From positions 128,001 to 192,000 of IMG/VR virus record IMGVR_UViG_3300025924_000017: a stretch of DNA of 64,000 bases. The stretch is one strand, 5' to 3'. The notes under the pieces are model-generated. The model saw only the letters and a list, made by a program, of their open reading frames with translations. It did not search any database and had not been told where the DNA came from. This document shows positions 36,205-43,842 of this stretch, piece by piece (within the stretch, counting starts at the first letter, position 1; each line of letters starts with the position of its first letter). Both the position numbers and the translations under genes were made by a program. This stretch comes from a virus (lineage: Duplodnaviria > Caudoviricetes).

Positions 36205-37830
36205 TCCCGGAGACGGGATAACGACTATCTCGCCTGCGGGCGAGGGATGGCGGCAAGTTAGATTCGTGGTTGATCCACGAACAGGTGCCTAAGTCAGGCG
36301 TCCGGGAGAACGCGACAAAGGAATCTCCCGACTGCTCTTTGACAATTTGGATCGAATGACACTGACGCCTGCCTTTGGCTTTGATCGTTGCAACGTGAAA
36401 AGCTGGTGAATTGGCGGACAATGGATTTGGTAGGGACTGACGATAGCGGCGAACCGCGCATAGTGGCGTTGTAACAATAGGGACCGATCCTGATCACACT
36501 CCGGTTCAAGTCCGGTACCGGTGAGCCGAAGTCAGGCGCCAGTGTCATGAGAACCTTCATAGGCGCATCACTCCACCGTAAGGCACGCCAAGGCCGGTCG
36601 GTGCAGAAGACGAGGGCTAGGGGCCTTGGCGGGCTCCGAAACAACGGGCCGGGCTTGTAACCCGGCAGTGGGACTAAGCCCCTCCCGGGCGGCGTGGGCC
36701 GTCTAACGTTGTAGTCGTGGTGTGTCTATGAAGGTTCTGAAACAGATAGGCCGATACAAGGGCTGTAAGACCTCACGAGGCATGCAGGCGTAGCGGCTAC
36801 CATTGTGCCACGGGATAAAACGCACCGTCGTCATGACACGGGAGCGCCGGGGTGAGCCGAGCGGGGAGCAGCTTGGGAACAGAATGCTCCAAGAATTTTG
36901 GCGGTTCGACTAAGGAAGTCGGCTCGATGATAGGTAGCACCCTTCGAGACAATCCGGTGTCAACTCCGGCCCGTCAGCCCAGTCAGTGTCGCCATTGCAG
37001 ACGGCGTGACACATTCCAAAACTAAATTGTCTGCAAGGCGTGTTTCTCGAAGCGCGAGTGCGGGGAGAGATGTAGCGATGAGCACCGGAAGAAGGCCAAC
37101 TCCAATCCGGCGCGACTGCGCAAACATGCGGTTGACTCTGAGCCGATAGTTGGTCTGTTGGCTCACAGACGCAGTCGAGAAGTCAACCGGCAGACCGGCC
37201 GTTGCGTTAGGTCACGAATTCCCGAAAGGGATAGCTGCGACGTCGAAAGACGCTAATGAGCAGGAAGGCCGTAACTCCTGTGCAGCGCAAACGGTCGCGA
37301 AATTCATAGCAGGGTCAACCCGACGAAGCTGAACGCGTCAGTGGAGGGTCGAAGCTAGGGCACGAGGACGACTCAAATCGTGTCTCTCTAGGGGTCAGGT
37401 AGATAATAGACCGTGCGGTGCGGTCTCCGATCCCAGCCGTTTGAATTCTCGGGGCGCATCAGAACGTCGAGCCCCATGCGAGACTTAAAGACGTGACGTT
37501 GGGAGAGGCCCATCCAGATTTGAGTTTGAGGACTCGGCGCGACCTTCACGGGTGCAAATCCCGATGGGTCCTCATTAGAGAGCTTTGGTTCGACCAATAT
37601 CGGTGATCGACGCAGGCGCAACGCCAATAAGGCGACCTGTACTAATCCGGAATAAGCTCTCGCCAGTTTTGAGTGTCACGACCCGTATCCCTACATTGGT
37701 CAAGATCGTGACGCGATAGTCTGTGGCAACCTGTGCCCGCGAGGGTGGCGTATCCAATCGCCTTAATGGCTAGACCACTGAGCGGTGTGGGCAAAGCAGC
37801 GAGATGGTGCAAGGCCATCGACAGAATTTA
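36205..37830 (+). ncRNA. Candidate giant structured ncRNA(s), GOLLD/ROOL-like class; boundaries uncertain
   Basis: No credible ORF; 15-16 bp long-range helices, several T-loop and GNRA hairpins; tRNA-cluster context. Confidence 0.65.
37803..37828 (+). repeat. 26 nt direct repeat, copy 1 (T-loop-like hairpin)
   Basis: GATGGTGCAAGGCCATCGACAGAATT. Confidence 0.9.
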
Positions 37831-37839
37831 AGGACGTGT

Positions 37840-38130
37840 ATGGACCTCAAGACTCTTCAGGACGAAGTTAGCAAGCGCTGGGCGCGTCAGGTTGGCAACC
37901 CGTGTCACAATTCGGCGGGAGCCAATCACGCTCTCGTCCACATGATGAAGGCCCTTGGTAAGGTCGCTTCTGCACTCAACGATGCCGAACATGAAGGCCG
38001 TGGTGTGCAAGCGAACGAAGTCGAAAATTACCTCGCCGATCTGGTGATCTGCGCAGCGCGATTTTCCGATGGTGTCGTCGATCTCGGCGCTGCATGCGCT
38101 GCTCGACTTGAGGAGAAATTTCCGATCTAA
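37840..38130 (+). CDS. MazG-like nucleotide pyrophosphohydrolase fold protein
   Basis: LKTLQDEV...HALVHMMKALGKVA...EVENYLADLVI...DL......LEEKF. Confidence 0.65.
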   Translation: MDLKTLQDEVSKRWARQVGNPCHNSAGANHALVHMMKALGKVASALNDAEHEGRGVQANEVENYLADLVICAARFSDGVVDLGAACAARLEEKFPI

Positions 38131-38138
38131 TCGGACGT

Positions 38139-38164
38139 GATGGTGCAAGGCCATCGACAGAATT
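38139..38164 (+). repeat. 26 nt direct repeat, copy 2
   Basis: Identical to 37803-37828. Confidence 0.9.
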
Positions 38165-38166
38165 AA

Positions 38167-38246
38167 AGCGGGGTAGAGGAGCCCGGTCGTCCTCGCCAGC
38201 CTCATAAGCTGGAAATCGTGTGGTTCGAATCCCACCTCCGCAACCA
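38167..38246 (+). tRNA. tRNA-Met(CAT), initiator-like
   Basis: AGCGGGG/CTCCGCA with 1:72 mismatch, CCAGC-CTCATAA-GCTGG, TTCGAAT, CCA. Confidence 0.8.
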
Positions 38247-38250
38247 GTTA

Positions 38251-38323
38251 GGGAGTGTCCCGGTTCGATTCCGGGGTGGCGCGGAAGTACCGCCCATTAG
38301 GCTTAGTGGTAGAGTCTTCTCCC
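38251..38323 (+). ncRNA. Circularly permuted tRNA-like element (YrlA/Y RNA-like topology)
   Basis: Order is T arm, loop-closed acceptor stem, D arm, all closed by GGGAG/CTCCC. Confidence 0.6.
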
Positions 38324-38457
38324 GCGAAAAAAGCGGAAACGGGCGGTTCGACTCCGCTCCCTGCATTATGTCGGTGAAGCTGACCGGCAGCCGAGGGTCG
38401 CTCCCACGGTGAAACCCGCAGGTCGTCTAAAGGTCAGGACGCCGCTGGACTTATTGA

Positions 38458-38534
38458 TGTGCTTTAGCTCAGTCAGACAGAGCGCCGGATTCATATCCCG
38501 GAGGTCGCCGGGGCGGAACCGGCAAGCACTACCA
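38458..38534 (+). tRNA. tRNA with CAT anticodon (Met or Ile2) and non-canonical T loop
   Basis: GTGCTT/AAGCAC acceptor stem, GCTC/GAGC D stem, TTCATAT loop, T loop GGCGGAA, CCA. Confidence 0.7.
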
Positions 38535-38760
38535 ACACCTGTCCCAATGTAGAGTTTCATTGAAAATGCCGCTGGTTTCATAGCGGTGACTTTCGCTTTT
38601 GCTACCTCGGCCAAAGCCGAATCGCTCCATTACGGCTCCTCTGAGCCTTCGATTCGGAAGTCGCCGACACACACGCAGGCTGTTGATGGAAATCGACAAC
38701 GGTCGCCCGTGCGATTGCAGTCGGCCCGAGCGCCTTACACCTCCAGCATTGGAGGTAAGC

Positions 38761-39072
38761 ATGTCCGACATTGTCGTCAGGGCTTTGATCAAGCGCCGCG
38801 CGAAACTCGCCCACGAGATCGAGGAAACCCACGAGCGCCTGCGTCAGATGGCGCTCGATTTGGTGAACCTCGACGCGACCCTGCTCCAATTTGATCCAAA
38901 ATTGGAAATCGAGACGATCCGGCCCCGCGCCTTCCGTCCGCCGATGGATTGGGCCAAGCGTGGCGGGATGATGCGGTTAATTTACGGCGTCTTGCGCCGG
39001 GCCGTCGAACCGCTCACCAACGCCGGACCGAAGGGCGCGCCAGATCGGAGAGCACGATCAGAGGGTGTGTAG
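38761..39072 (+). pseudogene. Probably truncated homolog of a common alphaproteobacterial hypothetical protein
   Basis: ALIKRRAKLA.EIE...LD..L..FDP...FRPP.DWAKRG.M.RL...LR.A.EPLT, then the sequence degenerates. Confidence 0.45.
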
Positions 39073-39244
39073 GCACAACCGATAGCCCACTACCGGTGGA
39101 AGTCCGGCTCATCGCCTACGAGGCGATTGGGGCGCCCTGCGGGGCGCTCCTCAAACACCCTTGACAGACTGCCGCCAAACATGACATTCAGAACGCCCGG
39201 TTTAACCAAACCGGGCATTTTGCGTTTGGGAGTGTTGACAAAAA

Positions 39245-39616
39245 GTGGTCGGACAGGCTCAATTCTTCACCGAAGATGAGGCGGCAGCGTTTTTGAAGAT
39301 GACGCCGCGCATGCTCGCGGAACGGCGTCGCGCCGGGAAGATCGGGCATCATAAAGAAGGCCGATACGTTTCCTACAATCTCGACGATCTGTTGGCTTAC
39401 AGCGCGCGCATCCGGGAGAATGGAACTTGTCAAGAAGTCGGAAAAGCACCGTCGCTCGGATTGGGCAGCACGGCCCATACTGGCTCAGCAAGCGCACCGG
39501 CTCAGCCAATTGGCACCTCACGTACTACGACGAACAAAGGCGGAAGACCGTCCAAGAGAGCCTTGGCACAACGGACACAGCAGCCGCAGAAGCCCAAGTT
39601 GTTGCCCATTATCTAG
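39245..39616 (+). CDS. Excisionase-like HTH protein
   Basis: FFTEDEAAAFLKMTPRMLAERRRAGKI...GR.V.Y...DL; overlaps the integrase start. Confidence 0.75.
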   Translation: MVGQAQFFTEDEAAAFLKMTPRMLAERRRAGKIGHHKEGRYVSYNLDDLLAYSARIRENGTCQEVGKAPSLGLGSTAHTGSASAPAQPIGTSRTTTNKGGRPSKRALAQRTQQPQKPKLLPII

Positions 39617-40608
39617 CGACACTCCCAAATAACAAACCGCTCAAGGAAGAGGAAGCGACGTTCCACAGCGTCCTTGACCTCTACTATGAGACCTATGGCA
39701 AAAAGCTTGCGAGCGCGGGCGATGTCAAGCTCTCGATCAAATACTGGAAGGAAGCCATCGGTCCCACTGTCACGCTGGATAAGGTGACGATTGGGCTCGT
39801 GGAGGCCTTCATCGAGCAACTGCGGGGACTGGGCTTCTCGGAAGGCTACATCAGCCGCATTCTTTCCGTAGCACGGGCGGCCGTAAAGCGCGCGCTTCGT
39901 ACCGGTAAGATCAGCGTCGCGCCCTTCATCCCCGACAACGAAAATCGCCGCCAGAAGCTCAACAAGAAGCCTAAAGGGCGTCCGCTGGAATTGCGCGAGA
40001 TGGCTATCCTCTTCCTGTGCGCCGATCCTGCACACCTGCGTGTGTTCATGAGCTTGATGATCAACACGCTCTGCCGCCCTGACGCCGCGCTCGATCTCGG
40101 ACCGGCTCAGATTGACCTCGACAAAGGGGTCATCTTCCTCAACCCCGAGGACCGCGCCCAGACCAACAAGTTCCGACCTGCGGTCCCGATCACGACCGGC
40201 GTCCGTCCCATCGTCGAGGGATGCCCGGCTGAGGCGTTCGTCAATGTGGATGGGCATAAGATCGGCGAGATCAAGAAGGCTTGGCGCACCATGGTGCGGC
40301 GGTCTGGCCTACCCAATGCCGACCGCATCAAGCCCTATTCGATCCGCCACACCATGGGGCGAGAGCTTCGCGCAGGCGGGGCGTCCGGGGAGGACGTGAG
40401 CCTCTTCCTCGGGCACATTCCGGTCGGCGCAAACGAGGTCACGAGCGTCTACAGCCCCTACGATCCCAACTACCTGAAGAAGGCCGTCACGATCATTGAG
40501 GCCTACTGGGATCGGCTGCGGTGGGAGGTCGAGAAGCAGGCTGCGGTATTCACGCCACCGCCACTTCAGCCCGGCAAGCGGAACGATCTCCTCCAGAACG
40601 CCGCGTGA
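39427..40608 (+). CDS. int: Tyrosine integrase
   Basis: 393 aa with arm-binding N-terminus; TLCRP (R), YSIRHT, LGH, VYSPY; adjacent to attP. Confidence 0.9.
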   Translation: MSRSRKSTVARIGQHGPYWLSKRTGSANWHLTYYDEQRRKTVQESLGTTDTAAAEAQVVAHYLATLPNNKPLKEEEATFHSVLDLYYETYGKKLASAGDVKLSIKYWKEAIGPTVTLDKVTIGLVEAFIEQLRGLGFSEGYISRILSVARAAVKRALRTGKISVAPFIPDNENRRQKLNKKPKGRPLELREMAILFLCADPAHLRVFMSLMINTLCRPDAALDLGPAQIDLDKGVIFLNPEDRAQTNKFRPAVPITTGVRPIVEGCPAEAFVNVDGHKIGEIKKAWRTMVRRSGLPNADRIKPYSIRHTMGRELRAGGASGEDVSLFLGHIPVGANEVTSVYSPYDPNYLKKAVTIIEAYWDRLRWEVEKQAAVFTPPPLQPGKRNDLLQNAA

Positions 40609-40821
40609 ACAAAACAGCATTCGAAATCGTCCAAGACGTTGAAAGTGCGCCGTGTTCTCTGTGGCGAAACTGCGACGAAAGTGCGGTGAAATGCACGTAA
40701 AGTCGTGTATCGTGACGTAACCAAATGTAACTGACGCGATCTACGGCAAAATCACCCCGAAATGTCAGACCCTAAAAATTACCGTAAAACCTTGATTTTC
40801 CTCGATTTTATCTGAATTCAC

Positions 40822-40870
40822 TGGTCGGAGAGAGAGGATTCGAACCTCCGGCCCCCACGTCCCGAACGTG
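40822..40870 (-). other. attP core: 3' half of host tRNA-Pro(CGG)
   Basis: Minus strand CACG-TTCGGGA-CGTG GGGGCC GGAGG-TTCGAAT-CCTCT CTCTCCG ACCA, no D arm or 5' half; about 210 nt downstream of int. Confidence 0.85.
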
Positions 40871-40939
40871 ATAATCCCAAGTTTAAGTGATTGATTTCAT
40901 TCAACTTTTTTGGAGGTTTGCGGCGCAATGCGGGTGAAA

Positions 40940-42889
40940 TCATTGAACTTTTGTTGGTCTGCGGCTGTCCATCACCGCAACAATATGTTCTTCCTTCTCG
41001 TACGCCCGCTGAGCCATCTTACAATCCAGAGACCCGTTCGCTGTCAAGAAGAAGCCCATCAGCTTGTCCGCCAACTGCCCGATACGGCAGATGCGGTCGA
41101 AGTCCTGTTCCAGCTTCGTGGGTACCCAGTCGCCCTCCAAGAAGGCGCAGTCCTTTGCCCGGGTGAGGGTGTAGCCGACGCCGCCGGAGTCGTGCTGGAG
41201 GAAGATGATCCGGCAGTTCTCGTCGTCTTGGAACTTATCGACGCGACCCTGCCGCTTGTTCGGCGCGACCCCGCCGTAGATCAGCATCGGGTCGTAGGCC
41301 GCCATAGCCTCCTGTGCAGCCTTGAGCACGTCGGTGTGGTAGCCGAAGCAGACCAGCTTTTCGCCGCCGTCTAGGAACGTCTTGAGCCACGGGATCGCAG
41401 CGGAGAGCTTTGCGAGGCCTAGCTCCCGGCGGACCGACGCCATCTCCTCGAACAGGACGGCGATGGCGGGCGGCTCCAGTCCGAGAACCGAGGTCGCATA
41501 GTCCATGTTGAGCGCCCGGCTGTTCGGCTTGTCGCGGTCGTACATGGCGTCCTCGAAGCCCAAGAGGCTCGCCGCCCTGACGATCTGGGAGCCTTCGACG
41601 CCCTCGCGCCGGATGCGGTCCGCCTCGCTCTCGTTCTCCCGGACCATCGCCTCGTAGAGCTTGAGCGCCTGTGCGAGTTCGTCCTCTCGCGCGACGACCT
41701 GCCTGATCTCCGGGCTGTCGAGGATGATGATCTGGCGCGACTTGGGTGGAAGCTCGGGGAGCACCTCCGCCTTGAGACGGCGGATCATGAAGGTCGAGCG
41801 AATTTTCTCGCCTAGCTCCTCCAGATTACTCGCGCCGGAGAAGTTGTAGTCGCCTTTCCGGCGCCCCTTCTCGTCGTAACCGCCGAGGGTCTGATCCCAA
41901 TAGCCGCCACAGTAGCGATAGCCGAACTGAACTCGACCGCTGTCGGGGTCACGCGGATCGGGATTTCGTCCGAGACCATCCGGGTCGAACGCCTTGATCA
42001 TCGGCCACAGTTCGATGGGCCGGTTCATCATCGGTGTGCCGGTCAGGAAGATGCGCCGGTTCGCTTCGATGGCGCTGTACCAGACGGGCTTCCATCCGGT
42101 GGACTTGTCGCGCTTCTTACCGCCGAGGATGAAGAGTGTGCGTCCGCTGTCGGCCGTCTTCAGCGCGTGCGCTTCATCGCAAATCAAAAGGTCCCACGAA
42201 ACGGCTTTGATCTGATCGTGGAAACGACTCAGGATGTCGTAGTTGATAATGACGACGTCAGTATCGGGCCAGAATTCCTTGATGATCTCTTTGGTGCGAA
42301 AGCGCGGCTGGCCTTTACGCTTGCCCGACTTGAAGACGCCGATCTGCTCTTTGACTTCGAGGTTTGTCTCAGCGATGCCGACCGAGACGTTCTTGGTCTT
42401 CCAGAGTTCAAACTCGCGGCGCCAGTGTTCCTTAAGCGACGCCGGGGCGACGACTAGGCAGCGGCGCGCTTTCGGGTCGCCATTGAACACGCCGACGCCC
42501 ATGGGGGACTTGCCGAGCCCCGGCTGATCGCCGATGAGCGTGTCTTTGCGTTGAAGCGCGTATTCGATGCCCGCACACTGATAAGGGAAGAAGGCGAACG
42601 GCAGCCCGGTGCGCGGATGCATCCCCGGTGGAACCGGCGGCTCGTAGTGTGTGCTGTTGGCGAAGGAGAGGTCGTAGGACGCCGCCAGCGTCTCTTGGCG
42701 CGCAATGACGTGCGCAAGCGCTGCGGGCGTCCATTCGACGCCCTGCACGCGCTCGGCGATTTCCTGACTGTCGGTGATCCATGCCTTGCGGACGGGAGAC
42801 CATTTGAACCCGGCGCCTTTCCATAGCGCTCGTTCGTCCCATGTCCCAAGGCCAAAGAAGAACCCGTTCTTGAAGTGAATGCGGGCCAA
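40940..42889 (-). CDS. SNF2/SWI2-family helicase-like ATPase
   Basis: DQPGLGKS, ICDEAH, LTGTPMMN, Q..DRI.RIGQ. Confidence 0.88.
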   Translation of the reverse strand: MARIHFKNGFFFGLGTWDERALWKGAGFKWSPVRKAWITDSQEIAERVQGVEWTPAALAHVIARQETLAASYDLSFANSTHYEPPVPPGMHPRTGLPFAFFPYQCAGIEYALQRKDTLIGDQPGLGKSPMGVGVFNGDPKARRCLVVAPASLKEHWRREFELWKTKNVSVGIAETNLEVKEQIGVFKSGKRKGQPRFRTKEIIKEFWPDTDVVIINYDILSRFHDQIKAVSWDLLICDEAHALKTADSGRTLFILGGKKRDKSTGWKPVWYSAIEANRRIFLTGTPMMNRPIELWPMIKAFDPDGLGRNPDPRDPDSGRVQFGYRYCGGYWDQTLGGYDEKGRRKGDYNFSGASNLEELGEKIRSTFMIRRLKAEVLPELPPKSRQIIILDSPEIRQVVAREDELAQALKLYEAMVRENESEADRIRREGVEGSQIVRAASLLGFEDAMYDRDKPNSRALNMDYATSVLGLEPPAIAVLFEEMASVRRELGLAKLSAAIPWLKTFLDGGEKLVCFGYHTDVLKAAQEAMAAYDPMLIYGGVAPNKRQGRVDKFQDDENCRIIFLQHDSGGVGYTLTRAKDCAFLEGDWVPTKLEQDFDRICRIGQLADKLMGFFLTANGSLDCKMAQRAYEKEEHIVAVMDSRRPTKVQ

Positions 42890-43038
42890 AAGTGCCTGAA
42901 CAAATAGCTTGTGGGGGGAGGCCGGAGTGTCGTAAAGTACGGCACTAAAGTCAAGAATTACGACTATTGGCCGGTGGCCGGTCGGCTAAGTGTTTGAATT
43001 TCTTGACGAGTGTCACGGATTATGACATTGCTCTGCCC

Positions 43039-43842
43039 ATGCCACTCTCCAACGCGGGTCAACGCGACCCGTCAATGCTGGCTCAAACCAGCTACGAGCG
43101 TCATGCGCTCGATTTCTACGCCACCCAAGAACGGACGGTCCTGTCACTCCTCGGCGTGATCGAGGACGATGTCGTTGGGTATCACGTCTGGGAACCGTTC
43201 TGCGGTACCGGCTCCTTCTCCATTCCGCTGGCCGGGATGGCTCGAAATGTTCTGTCTACGGACATCCACCGGCATGGCGATTTCCAGCCGGATGCGCTGA
43301 TCGATTTCTTCGAGATCAAGACGGTCGAAGAAGCGGAAGCTGCTCGCATTGCGTTCGACGAAGCCTACGAAACGCCTTGGGACAAACGCACAAAACAGCA
43401 AAACAAAATTCTGGAGGCTGGTGGCGAAACCGTCATCACCATGAATACAATCGCGGAACTGAAAGGCTTCATGCCGGACGCGATCATCACCAACCCGCCT
43501 TACACCGGCAAGGTCCCTGACGGTTTCTACACATCCGGAAAGAACGCAGGCAAGCCGAAGTTCAAGACCATCGATCTCGCCGGAAATTGCGCACGACGTG
43601 CGCTCAAACTGATGGAAGCACAGAAGGGAATGGTCATCTTCCTGTGCCGCCATGAATGGGATTGCGCGAAGAGCCGCCGTGATCTGTTCGACCACCCTGC
43701 CTTCGCAATGAAGATCGTCCTGCGCCACCGCCCGCGCTGGATCGCAGACTCCAGCGGCTCACCACGATTCCCCTATTCCTACTACGTCTGGAACTGGGCG
43801 AAACCCAAAGCAGCACGGCCCGAGATCATCTATGTCGCATAA
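43039..43842 (+). CDS. DNA N6-adenine methyltransferase
   Basis: DFYAT, WEPFCGTG (motif I), IITNPPY (motif IV). Confidence 0.8.
   Translation: MPLSNAGQRDPSMLAQTSYERHALDFYATQERTVLSLLGVIEDDVVGYHVWEPFCGTGSFSIPLAGMARNVLSTDIHRHGDFQPDALIDFFEIKTVEEAEAARIAFDEAYETPWDKRTKQQNKILEAGGETVITMNTIAELKGFMPDAIITNPPYTGKVPDGFYTSGKNAGKPKFKTIDLAGNCARRALKLMEAQKGMVIFLCRHEWDCAKSRRDLFDHPAFAMKIVLRHRPRWIADSSGSPRFPYSYYVWNWAKPKAARPEIIYVA

Noticed and set aside
36205-37830. RNase P RNA, SRP RNA, or a group I/II intron as the explanation for the large structured region
   Set aside because: No GAGGAAAGUCC (RNase P P4), no SRP GGAA-loop motif, no group II domain V. GACTA/TAGTC (36673/36713) is only a weak P7-like match, with no interrupted exon. 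A cmsearch is still needed.
37803-38164. 26 nt direct repeats as a CRISPR array
   Set aside because: Only two copies, separated by a 310 nt segment containing a gene; no cas operon (the Cas4-like gene sits in the replication module)
40822-40870. Functional tRNA-Pro gene
   Set aside because: The 5' acceptor strand and D arm are absent; better explained as the attP core
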